A stretch of 64,000 nt of DNA from an uncultured Chloroflexia bacterium (lineage in GTDB: Bacteria; Chloroflexota; Limnocylindria; Limnocylindrales; CSP1-4). Under the pieces are notes generated by a model, which was not told the DNA's origin, ran no database searches, and worked only from the letters and a program-made list of their open reading frames with translations. Positions 1 to 9,327 of this stretch are shown in pieces. Positions within the stretch are counted from its first letter, which is position 1. Each line of letters starts with the position of its first letter. A program made the translations under genes and the position numbers. The stretch spans positions 1 through 64,000 of the forward strand of contig CAVQJC010000015.1 in assembly GCA_963712745.1 (NCBI GenBank), given 5' to 3'.

Positions 1-153
1 CCACCGTCGTCGCCATCAGCATCGTCAGGGCAGATGGTCGCTTCAGGCACAAGTGCCTCGAGCGACTCCGTGAACCTCTGCTTCGCGCATCACGAGACCT
101 CCCAAGACAGCTCGGCGGCGACGCCCCCAGTGTCGAGCTGGCCGCTGGCGGGT

Positions 154-336
154 CTAGAGGAGCTTCTCAAGCAGGTCGATCATCTCGCGGTCCCCGCCAG
201 CCGGCGGCAGCCAGTCCACCTGGACGACGTCGACCTCCTGCTCTTCGAGGCTCTCGGCGAACCCCTGCAGCCCGACGTTGACGACGGCCAACGGCTCGCG
301 CAACAGCTCGTCCGTCGGATCGGCCATGTCGTTCAC
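154..336 (-). CDS. small FdrA C-terminal-domain protein
   Basis: VVNVGLQGFAESLEEQEVDVVQVDWLPPAGGD resembles the C-terminal domain of FdrA. The GTG start overlaps the fdrA stop (TAGTG); alternative ATG at 327. Confidence 0.75.
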   Translation of the reverse strand: MNDMADPTDELLREPLAVVNVGLQGFAESLEEQEVDVVQVDWLPPAGGDREMIDLLEKLL

Positions 337-1913
337 TACTTCCTCCCCAGCTGAGCGAGGCAGTACTCCGTCGCCCTGGCATTGCTCCAGAAGACATGGA
401 CCCCCGCGTCCATCAGGGCCTCCGCTTGCAGCGAGAGGTCCTGCGGGTCTCCTTGGGTCCCGCAAACCGAGGCGACGACCGTCAAGCCCCCTGCCTCTTC
501 CGGCCTCCGCAGTCGCCCTTCCGCGATCGCCCCCACGAGATCGCCGACAGGGTCGTGGGCGGCGTTGGTCCCCAGGATGAAGTCCAGCAGCAGGACCGCC
601 ACTTCCGGGTCGAGGCTCTCGTCGATGATCCGCTGCGCCCGAAGTGTCCCGTCGATCATGGGGTGCAACCGCCCCCGGGTGTGTTCGTCGTCGCCCATGT
701 CGATGAGGGTGTGGCCGCTGCTCCGCGCAGGATCCCGCAGCTGATACTCCGCTGCCAGGGGAGCGTTGGAGACGAACGTGAGGCCGGCGCGACGCAGGAT
801 CTGCTGCGACTGATAGCAGAAGGTGCCACCGGCGAATAGCCCGCGCAGGAACCTCTGGCGCGCCGTCCGCGGCTGCTCATCCTGGAGGCTGAGTCCCGGA
901 TCCTCGCTCGTCAGCGCGGGGGCTGGCGGCGGAGCCGGCATCGCGCATCGTTCGATCGCAGCCTGTGCCGCGGCGTCGATGGTGGGCCTCCATTCGAGCC
1001 CGAGGTCCGGCCCGTGGTCTGTCATCCCCAGAAGACACGCCACCACCGGTTTGGTGCAGGCCTGCAGGCGGGAGGCGAGGGCCTCGAGGGTCCGATCGCC
1101 GCCCGGTTTGCCGACGATGGCGATCACCTCGGTAGACAGGTCGCGTTCGAGGGCATCGAGGGCTGCCAGGGTCGTCGCGCCACCGATTTCGTCCGACAAA
1201 TCGTGGCTGCCCGTCCCGATGGCGTGAGAGATGCCGCCGCCCGCATGGTGAATCTGACAGGTGAACTCCTGAAGGCCGGTGCCCGAAGGCCCGATGACCC
1301 CGATCGTCCCTCGACGCACAGCGTTGGCAAATCCGATCCCCACGCCACCCAGGATGCTCGTCCCGCAATCCGGCCCCATCACCAGCAGGCCGCGGGCGCG
1401 GGCCAGCTGCTTGAGTTCCAGTTCCTGCTCGAGGGGGACGTTGCTGCTGAAGATGAAGAGATGCAGCCCGGCCTCGAGGGCCTTGCGGGCTTCTGCGTAG
1501 ACATACTCGCCTGGGATGGTCAGCACCGCCAGGTTCGCGCCCGGTTGCAGGCGCAGGCCGTCCTCCAGCGTGCGCACCTCCGAGGTGGTCGTCGTGGATC
1601 CGACGGCGAGCAGTGCGTCATCCACACCTTCCAGCGCCGAGCGGACGGCCTCGTCGTCGGCGGCCACCACGGCGATCACGAGGTCGTTGGCGCCGGCAGC
1701 GTCGATCGCCTCGTCCCGGATGCCCAGATCCGCCAGCAGCACCTTGTTCTTCTCGCTGCCCATGAGCACGGCTGTCTGTCGCACCCGGTCGCCCTTGGAG
1801 AGACGGCTGTTGACGCCCATCAGGAAGACCGAGTCGTAGTACTGGTCCTTGCGGATCACGAAGCCGGAGGGCATGTCAGGCTGTCCGGCAGGATCGCGCT
1901 CTTCCTCGATCAC
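336..1913 (-). CDS. fdrA: acyl-CoA synthetase FdrA (AllF-like, succinyl-CoA ligase alpha-like fold)
   Basis: YYDSVFLM, GLLVMGPDCGT, GPSGTGLQE, GTGSHDLS, RGLFAGGTFC and GRLHPMID motifs. Confidence 0.9.
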   Translation of the reverse strand: MIEEERDPAGQPDMPSGFVIRKDQYYDSVFLMGVNSRLSKGDRVRQTAVLMGSEKNKVLLADLGIRDEAIDAAGANDLVIAVVAADDEAVRSALEGVDDALLAVGSTTTTSEVRTLEDGLRLQPGANLAVLTIPGEYVYAEARKALEAGLHLFIFSSNVPLEQELELKQLARARGLLVMGPDCGTSILGGVGIGFANAVRRGTIGVIGPSGTGLQEFTCQIHHAGGGISHAIGTGSHDLSDEIGGATTLAALDALERDLSTEVIAIVGKPGGDRTLEALASRLQACTKPVVACLLGMTDHGPDLGLEWRPTIDAAAQAAIERCAMPAPPPAPALTSEDPGLSLQDEQPRTARQRFLRGLFAGGTFCYQSQQILRRAGLTFVSNAPLAAEYQLRDPARSSGHTLIDMGDDEHTRGRLHPMIDGTLRAQRIIDESLDPEVAVLLLDFILGTNAAHDPVGDLVGAIAEGRLRRPEEAGGLTVVASVCGTQGDPQDLSLQAEALMDAGVHVFWSNARATEYCLAQLGRK

Positions 1914-3154
1914 GGTGCGTACCGCTCGCCAAAGGCCGTCAAGGCACGCTTGAAGCAGTCCATCGGCGCCCGCACGAGGCCCGCGCCGATGATCGGGTGA
2001 CCTGCTTCCCGATGGGCGATGCCGGTGTCGATGATGGGGGCGACCCCGGTCTGTACCACCTTGCGGATGTCGATCCCCACGGACGTTCCCTCGGAGCCCA
2101 TCGCCGGCATGCGGTACGTAGGATGCCTGGTTGTGGTGATCTGCCGCATCTCCTGGGTGTACGCGAGCGCGTCAGCGTTCGTCCCTCCGACCAACGTCAG
2201 GATCCCCGGCGCACCGACCAACGTGAAGGCTCCCCAGCCGACCGTTTCGGCGATGGCCGAGTCGCCCATGTCGCGGCCGGCATCGGCCGCCGAGAAGCCG
2301 GGCAGGTACAGGCCGTCGACCACCGGCGCCGGCGCCACGAACCATTCTCCCTCGAGGCCGGACACCTGGATCCCGAACTCAGTGCCGTTCCGGCACATGG
2401 CGACGACGACGCTGCTGTATTCCACGTCCCGCGCCGTATCGGTGATGGCCTTGCCACAGGCCATGGCCAGGCCCAGGAACAGCAGGTTGTGTCCGGCGAG
2501 GTAGCCGAGGGTCGGCAACGCCCGGTCGCGTGGGATCTCCGCCTTCGCGATGGCGATGGCCATCTGATTGGCGAACAGGCTCGAGGCGGCACTGTGACGG
2601 TTGTGCAGCTCATCGCCCATCTGCAGCGCCTGGATGATGATGGGGTTGAGCTCCAGCCCTCCGATGTGCTGCAGGGCCTCACGCAAGGTCGGGGCCCACA
2701 CATCACGCCAGCGGCGCAGGCCGTCGAGGGCCTCCTCGCTGTAGTCGCCGAATTGCTGGCGGCCCTCTACCTGGCGACAGTAGGCCCGGTTGCCGAAGGC
2801 GCGGTTCTCGATGACCCACACCGGCGCCGAGGGAGAGATCGTGCCGGCCATCGGGCCGACCGCGCTGTGGGCATGATTGGGTTCCAGCGTGATCTCGCCC
2901 CGCTCCAGCAGGTCGCGCGCAGCCTCCGGTGTGTCGGCCCAGCCCTCGTACAGCACCATGCCGATAGCGGCACCCTGCTGTGCGCCGCACATGCGCTCCC
3001 ACTCGATGGGCGGGCCCGAGTGGGTGATCAGCCTGTCGCGCATCCCCGGGATGACCTCGGCTGCCGGGGCCACGTCGACGAGCACTGGCTCGCCCAGCGT
3101 CATCCGGCGGACCACCTCGTCGTTGGCTTGCGCGATGCGCTCCTTGACAGTCAC
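1910..3154 (-). CDS. ylbE: DUF1116/YlbE family protein (AllG-like)
   Basis: HSGPPIEWERMCG, AVGPMAG, MGDELHNR, RNGTEFGI, DMGDSAIAE and PIIDTGIAH motifs; coupled to fdrA. Confidence 0.9.
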   Translation of the reverse strand: MTVKERIAQANDEVVRRMTLGEPVLVDVAPAAEVIPGMRDRLITHSGPPIEWERMCGAQQGAAIGMVLYEGWADTPEAARDLLERGEITLEPNHAHSAVGPMAGTISPSAPVWVIENRAFGNRAYCRQVEGRQQFGDYSEEALDGLRRWRDVWAPTLREALQHIGGLELNPIIIQALQMGDELHNRHSAASSLFANQMAIAIAKAEIPRDRALPTLGYLAGHNLLFLGLAMACGKAITDTARDVEYSSVVVAMCRNGTEFGIQVSGLEGEWFVAPAPVVDGLYLPGFSAADAGRDMGDSAIAETVGWGAFTLVGAPGILTLVGGTNADALAYTQEMRQITTTRHPTYRMPAMGSEGTSVGIDIRKVVQTGVAPIIDTGIAHREAGHPIIGAGLVRAPMDCFKRALTAFGERYAP

Positions 3155-3158
3155 GGTT

Positions 3159-4178
3159 TCACCTCTCCTCGATTGTGGCAGCGAAGGCCGTCGCGGCAGC
3201 AGGGCGGCGGATCAGCCACTCATCGCTGGGGGTGAGCGCCCAGGCTGTCCACAATCCGGTCAGCACATCCCAGCCTGTGGAGTGTCCTACGCGGACCAGG
3301 TCGGATGCCGCTCGACGGGTCGTCTCGGGCGACGCCCGTCCCAGCAAGGCCAGAACGAGTCGATGGGCCGGCTCGCAGCCGTGTCCTGCGACGTGGTCGG
3401 CCAGCAGCGCATAGCTGACCCGATTGGTGCGTCGCCTGGAGAAGTCCAGGAACGATGCGAGCGCACGTGGCGAACAGCCCGAGAGTCGACCACCGGTCTC
3501 CCGAAGCGCCGCGAGGCCGAACAGGACGCCACCGACGAAGTCGTCCCCGGACGGGGTCAGGCCCTCGCCCAGACCCACCAGTGCCGCAGCGTGCTCCAGG
3601 AGCGCAGCCCCGTCCCCCTCTCGGCACGCCCGCGCGAGCCCAAAGACGGAAGGCGCAGCATGCGCAAGGAGCGGGGTCGGTTGCGGCGCCCGACTCGGGG
3701 GCATGCCTCCACGGGCAAGCTCGGTGAGCGCGGGCAGAAGGGTTCCGAGGCCCCTCGGGGAGGGCAGGCCGTCAAGGAGGTCCGGGGCGCTGTCGGCGGC
3801 GCGTCCCGGTACGGTCCACGAAGGATGACGGGGATCAGACCAGCGCTCTGGTTCCCATGCCAAGGCTGCGCCCAGATCGATCGCCGTCCCATCTCCGAGC
3901 AGGAGCCTGGCATCGGCAACCTGATACGTGGAACCCTTCGCGGTACGCGGCAGTGACCCGGCGACCCGGACCCCCCGACGGTGCATGGGGACATCCACGG
4001 GCGCGAGCCACAGCACCTCGGCGCTGGCGCTGAGCAGGTACGTCGCGCGTGAGTGGCTCGCGAGGACCGTTCCGCTTGGGTCCGCGGTCAAACTGCAGCG
4101 CGCAAAGACCCCCACGCTGTCGGCGCACGTGAACGGCGCCCGCAGGTTGCGTTCCATCGGTCCCCTTGGTGGCGTCAC
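3159..4178 (-). CDS. ylbF: DUF2877/YlbF family protein (AllH-like)
   Basis: LVGLGEGLTPSGDDFVGG and VGHSTGWD motifs; start codon uncertain. Confidence 0.85.
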   Translation of the reverse strand: MTPPRGPMERNLRAPFTCADSVGVFARCSLTADPSGTVLASHSRATYLLSASAEVLWLAPVDVPMHRRGVRVAGSLPRTAKGSTYQVADARLLLGDGTAIDLGAALAWEPERWSDPRHPSWTVPGRAADSAPDLLDGLPSPRGLGTLLPALTELARGGMPPSRAPQPTPLLAHAAPSVFGLARACREGDGAALLEHAAALVGLGEGLTPSGDDFVGGVLFGLAALRETGGRLSGCSPRALASFLDFSRRRTNRVSYALLADHVAGHGCEPAHRLVLALLGRASPETTRRAASDLVRVGHSTGWDVLTGLWTAWALTPSDEWLIRRPAAATAFAATIEER

Positions 4179-4223
4179 CGGCAGGCATCTGCCCGCCGGT
4201 GACCGATGTGCGACCGTGCAGCC

Positions 4224-5327
4224 CTAGCTGGGGCTTCCGACCACGCCTTCGACGAACCAATCCACAGAGCCCATCACGTCCGCACTGAGCTCCTCGCCCT
4301 CGGCGACCTTCACGTTCCCTTCCTGATCGACGATCGGGCCGGCGAAGACGACCTTCGCCCCGGACTCGAGGTCCGTTTGGGCCTGCTCGACCGCGTCCTT
4401 GACCTCCTGCGAGACGTTGGGACCGTAGGGAGCCATGGCCATGCAGCCGTCATCCATGCCGCAGCGCAGGAAGATCGGCTCCCAGGTGCCATCGATCACG
4501 GTGGAGGCCAGCCAGGTGAGCGTGTCGCCAAGGGTGAACCCGGTCCCGGTGATCCAGTGCTCGGGAGCGAACTGCTGGGCCGCAAGCGACTGGAAGCCGA
4601 TGGAGTCCACGCCGCGCGACTCCGCGGTCGAGATGACCGTGGCCGGCGAGTCCACGTGCATGGTGATGACGTCGGCGCCCTGGTTGATCAGTGAGTTGGT
4701 GGCGTCCGCTTCCTTTGCCGCATCACCCCAGCCGAAGGTATAGGCCACGATGGTCTCTGCATCGGGGTTGACCGACTGTGCGCCCAGCTCGAAGGCGTTG
4801 ACGAAGGTCAGCGTCCAGCCGAGCGGGAAGGCGGCCACGAACCCCAGCTTGTCGGATTCGGTGCTCTCACCGGCCGCCACGCCCATCATGTACCAGGCGT
4901 CCGGAGGTTCGCCGAAGAAGTTGGCGAAGTTCGCCCCCATCTCCCATCCCCCGGCGTGCTCGAAGATCACGTCCGGGTACTTGTTGGCAAGCTCCAGCGC
5001 CGGATACTGGTGGTTGAACGCCGTGGCGATGATCATCGTGGCGCCCTGCTGGATCATGTTCTCCATCGTCGAGGTGGCCCCGGCTTCCTCGGGGACATTC
5101 TCGGCCTCGATGATCTCCACGCAGGGGATGTTCTCCTTGATGGCCATGACGCTCTCGTGCATCGCCTGGTTGTAGCCGGCATCGGTCACCGACCCACCGT
5201 GCAGTGCACCGATCACGAGGCATGCATCATCGGCGGCGGTCACGGTGGTACCTGGGCCAGCGGCGGCCACCAGGAGGGTGGCTACCAGGAGTTGCCCGAT
5301 CTTGGTGCGACGGGTCCACATCTTCAC
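4224..5327 (-). CDS. BMP-family ABC transporter substrate-binding protein (nucleoside/purine)
   Basis: Signal peptide; DAGYNQAMHE, KLGFVAAFP, NAFELGA and LINQGADVI motifs; GGAGAGGAG RBS before the GTG/ATG at 5327/5321. Confidence 0.88.
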   Translation of the reverse strand: MKMWTRRTKIGQLLVATLLVAAAGPGTTVTAADDACLVIGALHGGSVTDAGYNQAMHESVMAIKENIPCVEIIEAENVPEEAGATSTMENMIQQGATMIIATAFNHQYPALELANKYPDVIFEHAGGWEMGANFANFFGEPPDAWYMMGVAAGESTESDKLGFVAAFPLGWTLTFVNAFELGAQSVNPDAETIVAYTFGWGDAAKEADATNSLINQGADVITMHVDSPATVISTAESRGVDSIGFQSLAAQQFAPEHWITGTGFTLGDTLTWLASTVIDGTWEPIFLRCGMDDGCMAMAPYGPNVSQEVKDAVEQAQTDLESGAKVVFAGPIVDQEGNVKVAEGEELSADVMGSVDWFVEGVVGSPS

Positions 5328-5434
5328 GGTCTCCTCTCCGGTTGCTGCCGTGGCATGCGTGGTCCGGGAGGAGCGAGTGTTCGCACGCGCTGTCACGGTC
5401 TGATCTGAGTCGTTCGAGTATCGCACGCGGGGGT

Positions 5435-6352
5435 CTACTCGGTTCCCTGATACACGCGTCCGAGGCTTGCCGGGGCGGCCGCGCGGCGACGGCCCCCCCA
5501 AACGGCGAGCACCAGCAGCGTGAGCACATAGGGCATGGTGCTGAGCAGGAAGGGGGACACCTGGAACCCGCTGGACTGAAGCAGCAATTGGAAAGCCACG
5601 GCACCGCTGAACAGCAACGCGCCCGCCACGGCACGCAGGGGGTCCCACTTGGCGAAGATGACCAAGGCGATGGCGATGAAGCCGCGCCCGGCTGTCATGT
5701 TCTCCGACCAGTTCATCGCGTAGGCGATCGCCAGATGGGCACCACCCACGCCGGCCAGCATCCCTCCCAGCCATAGGGCCTGGTAGCGGATCGACCGCGC
5801 ATTGCGGCCCGATGCGTAGACCGTATCGGGACTCTCGCCCACGGCCCGGAGTCCCAATCCCCAACGCGTGCGGAACAGCACCCACCAGATCAGGATGGCC
5901 ACCGGCACGACCAGCCAGATGAGCACGTCGAAGCGCAGGAGCGAGGCATAGACCTCTGGCAGACTGGACAGCCCCGGCAGGCCCAGGCGTGGGAGTCCGA
6001 CGATCCTTGCCCCGACATAATCCGCGCCGATCCAGGCGCTCAGTCCGATGCCGAGGAACATCAGCGCCAGGCCACTCGCCAACTGGTTGGCCTTTCGACT
6101 GATGACCAGGTAGCCGTGGATCATGTTCATCAGCCCACCCGCGATGGTGGCTGCCAGGATGCCCAGGTACGGGTTCCCGGACAGATACGTCACCGAGAAG
6201 CCGACGGAGGCGCTCACCAACAGCACGCCCTCAAGGCCCAGGTTCACGATCCCCGCACGCTGGCCCACGAGCTCGCCCAGTGCGGCGTACAGCAACGATG
6301 TGCCGGAAAAGAGGGCGGTCGAGAGGATCCCGAGGAGGGCGAGATCGCTCAA
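5435..6352 (-). CDS. ABC transporter permease (nucleoside type)
   Basis: LGELVGQRAGIVNLGLEG, GLRAVGE and GRGFIAIALVIFAKW motifs. Confidence 0.9.
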   Translation of the reverse strand: MSDLALLGILSTALFSGTSLLYAALGELVGQRAGIVNLGLEGVLLVSASVGFSVTYLSGNPYLGILAATIAGGLMNMIHGYLVISRKANQLASGLALMFLGIGLSAWIGADYVGARIVGLPRLGLPGLSSLPEVYASLLRFDVLIWLVVPVAILIWWVLFRTRWGLGLRAVGESPDTVYASGRNARSIRYQALWLGGMLAGVGGAHLAIAYAMNWSENMTAGRGFIAIALVIFAKWDPLRAVAGALLFSGAVAFQLLLQSSGFQVSPFLLSTMPYVLTLLVLAVWGGRRRAAAPASLGRVYQGTE

Positions 6353-7404
6353 GGCCTGTTCCTCTTGCGGGTGAAGTCAGGGCGGGCCAGCACGACGAAC
6401 AGCGTTATCGCCAGCAGGATGTTGATCGTCGAATAGGGAAGGTCCCGCGTCAGCTGAAGCAGGTTGCCGCCGGTGAGGATGATGGCCACGACGAACGACG
6501 TCGCCACGATCCCGAGCGCTGAGCCTCCGGCCAGCCAGCAGACGAGGAAGCCCATGAAGCCGATCCCACGCGTGAAGTTCGCCAGCAGCGCGCCGTAGTA
6601 GCCGGAAACCAGCGCCATCCCGGCAAGCCCGGCGACCGCCCCGCCCAGGCACATCACGATGATCGTGTACCTGCGGGCCGGGAGCCCGTTGAGCCTGGCC
6701 GCCAGTGGATTCCCGCCCAGGGCGCGCATCTCGAGGCCCCAACGAGTAGAGCGCATCAGGTACCAGAACAGGGCCAGTAGCACCAAGCCCAAGATCAGAC
6801 CCAGATCGACGCGGGTGTCAAGGAGTCTGGGCAGGCGGGCCGACTCCGCGAAGACCGGGGTCTTGTTCGTGTCCATGGGTGAGTGCCAATAGCCGAAGAT
6901 GAAGAACGACACGATCAGGGCCGCGACGGGATTCAGGAGCAGGGTCGAGATGGTCTCGTTGACGAGACCCCGCGCACGCAATTGGCCCGGGATCCATGCC
7001 CATGCGGCTCCTCCGAGCATGCCCAGCAGCGCCATGATCGGAAGCAGCAGCCAGCCGGGCAGCTCGGCGAAGGTCAATGCCGCCCAGGTGGCCAGCGCGG
7101 CTCCCATGTACAGCTGGCCCTCGCCACCTACGTTGATCAGGCCGATGCGGGAGGGAAGCGCCACGGCCAGGGCAGTGAGCAGTAGCGGCGTCATCGTCAC
7201 GAGCACTTCTGACAACCCATAGGTGCTGCCCAGCGTGGAGACCAGGATGTCCTGATACGACGAGATCGGGTCCTTGCCCGAGATCAGGAGGATCAGCCCG
7301 AACAGTGCGAAGGCAAGCAGGGCCATGGCGGCGTAGCGCAGCACGTTGGGGGCCACAGAGGCCCAGGCGGAGACTGCTGCGTTTCGCGGCTCAGGAGGCG
7401 ACAA
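6349..7404 (-). CDS. ABC transporter permease (nucleoside type)
   Basis: GLINVGGEGQ and TRWGLEMRALGGN motifs; multiple TM segments. Confidence 0.9.
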   Translation of the reverse strand: MSPPEPRNAAVSAWASVAPNVLRYAAMALLAFALFGLILLISGKDPISSYQDILVSTLGSTYGLSEVLVTMTPLLLTALAVALPSRIGLINVGGEGQLYMGAALATWAALTFAELPGWLLLPIMALLGMLGGAAWAWIPGQLRARGLVNETISTLLLNPVAALIVSFFIFGYWHSPMDTNKTPVFAESARLPRLLDTRVDLGLILGLVLLALFWYLMRSTRWGLEMRALGGNPLAARLNGLPARRYTIIVMCLGGAVAGLAGMALVSGYYGALLANFTRGIGFMGFLVCWLAGGSALGIVATSFVVAIILTGGNLLQLTRDLPYSTINILLAITLFVVLARPDFTRKRNRP

Positions 7405-8947
7405 AGGTACTCTGGGAGCCTGTCATCAGGCGCCCAACCTCGTAGATGTCCGTGTCCACCGTCGGGAACTCGCCGACGATGCGCCCCTCGTACATGACGA
7501 CCAATCGATCGCTGTATTCGAAGAGCTCCTCAAGATCCTCGGAGATCAACAGCACGCCCGCGCCCCGATCCCGAGCCTGGAGCAACGCATCCCGCGCCGC
7601 CTGTGCGCTCTGCACGTCGAGGCCACGAGTCAGGTAGGAAGCGATGATCAGGCGCGGGTCGTGGAGCAGTTCTCGGGCGATGACCATGCGCTGCAGGTTG
7701 CCCCCCGAGAGCGATCGAGCCGGCAGGAACGATGACACCCGGAAACCCAGGCGTTGCCAGGAGCGATCGGCGTCCGCCTCCACCGCCTGCCAGTCCATGC
7801 TCAGACCGCCACGTCGGGCATAGGACGACGTGCGCGTCACGGCCATGTTCTCCAGCACAGTCAGGTAGGGGATGGCCGCCATCGCCAACGGGTTCTCAGG
7901 GACGTAGCTGACGCCCGAGCGTCGGATGTCCCCGATCGTCAGATCCGTCGAGAGCGTGCCAAACAACCGCTTGCTTCCGTGGACGCATGAAATGGCTCCG
8001 AGGATCAGGTCTCCCAGCTCCTTCTGGCCGTTCCCGGAGACGCCGGCCACGCCGACGATCTCCCTCGGATGGACCACCAGGTCGATCTGCTTCAGGCTGA
8101 CCTCTGCGCCCTCCCCGCGGGAGCCTGCCTCGACGAGCTCGAGAACCGGCGACCCGTCACTGTCCGGCGTGGTGTCTCGCGTCGGCGGAGATCCGGCCAG
8201 ATCCTTGTCGAACATGAGCCGGACCAGACTGGCCTCGGTCGCCGCAGCGCGGGTGACCTGCCCAGCTACGCGTCCTTGCCGGAGGACCGTGATCCGGTCG
8301 GCACTCTTCAGGACCTCGTCGAGCTTGTGCGTTATCAGGATCACCGCCAAGCCGTCCTCCACCAGGCGATGGATGACCTCGAAGAAGCCCTGGACTTCAT
8401 GCGGAGCCAGCACACGCGTGGGCTCGTCAAGGATCAGGACACGAGACCGTGCCATGAGCAGCTTGAGGAGCTCGGCCTTCTGCTGCTGGCCGATCGAGAG
8501 GTCGCGCACCAGCGCCCAGGGATCGACCTTGAGGCTGTACCGCTCCCCGAGCGATTCCAGTTCCCTGGCGATCGACTTCAGATCGGGCACGGGCGGGAGA
8601 TCCGGGAGGAAGAGGGCGACATTCTCGACCACGCTCAAGGCGGGGATGAGGGTCAGGTTCTGGAACACCATGCCGATGCCCATGGTGCGGGCATCGTGGG
8701 GGGAATGTATGTCCTCCGGCTGGCCATCTATGAGCAGCTCTCCTGCATCCCGCCTGTAGAACCCGTAGATGCACTTGACCAGCGTGCTCTTGCCGGCGCC
8801 GTTCTCTCCGAGCAGGGCATGAACCTCTCCCGGGAGGACGTCGAGGCTGATCGCGTCATTCGCCAGCACGTCGCCGAAGCGCTTGGAGAAGGCCTGCACG
8901 CTGAGCACTGGGCGAGGGTCGTCGGGGCCCGCGGTGCCAGCGTCCAT
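7391..8947 (-). CDS. ABC transporter ATP-binding protein (tandem NBD, CUT2 type)
   Basis: GENGAGKST, LILDEPT, GVSGNGQ and LSGGNLQR motifs. Confidence 0.93.
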   Translation of the reverse strand: MDAGTAGPDDPRPVLSVQAFSKRFGDVLANDAISLDVLPGEVHALLGENGAGKSTLVKCIYGFYRRDAGELLIDGQPEDIHSPHDARTMGIGMVFQNLTLIPALSVVENVALFLPDLPPVPDLKSIARELESLGERYSLKVDPWALVRDLSIGQQQKAELLKLLMARSRVLILDEPTRVLAPHEVQGFFEVIHRLVEDGLAVILITHKLDEVLKSADRITVLRQGRVAGQVTRAAATEASLVRLMFDKDLAGSPPTRDTTPDSDGSPVLELVEAGSRGEGAEVSLKQIDLVVHPREIVGVAGVSGNGQKELGDLILGAISCVHGSKRLFGTLSTDLTIGDIRRSGVSYVPENPLAMAAIPYLTVLENMAVTRTSSYARRGGLSMDWQAVEADADRSWQRLGFRVSSFLPARSLSGGNLQRMVIARELLHDPRLIIASYLTRGLDVQSAQAARDALLQARDRGAGVLLISEDLEELFEYSDRLVVMYEGRIVGEFPTVDTDIYEVGRLMTGSQSTFVAS

Positions 8948-9271
8948 GGTCCTTCCGCCTCCGCTTCGCGCGAATCAGAATGTGCTCAGAGCGTACCCTG
9001 CTGGGTCGCCTGGAGCGCGCCTAAGACGACATCTCAGGCGTAGACGATCCTCTCCTCCAGACGTGTCCCAGACTGTGGCCTTGGAGCTCTCCTGGGAACG
9101 AGGCCGCCTGGGCCCCACACGAGTGAGCGCGCCTAGGAGTCCGCGGCGTGCCTTGGTCATGCAGGTCGGTGAGTTCCACCAAAGGGGCACCGCCCAGTTG
9201 CCCTAGACCAGACGATGACTGGACAGGATGTGGTGGCACCTTGAGCACGTTGCTGCAACGCTGGACGGGTG

Positions 9272-9320
9272 CGGCCTTTCCAGCTGCATGTCGCGGGTTC
9301 GGATCCCGTCTCCCGCCCCA
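9272..9320 (+). pseudogene. degenerate tRNA 3'-half remnant (tRNA-Gly-like), possible att scar
   Basis: Anticodon-like stem GCGGC-CTTTCCA-GCTGC, T-arm GCGGG-TTCGGAT-CCCGT and acceptor 3' strand TCCCGC-CCCA; no 5' half found. Confidence 0.6.
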
Positions 9321-9327
9321 CATCCTC

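Noticed and set aside
1-150. Partial gene at the window start
   Set aside because: No frame gives a recognisable product; cannot be supported.
8948-9270. Purine or TPP riboswitch upstream of the ABC operon
   Set aside because: An isolated CTGAGA is present on the minus strand, but the other conserved elements could not be found.
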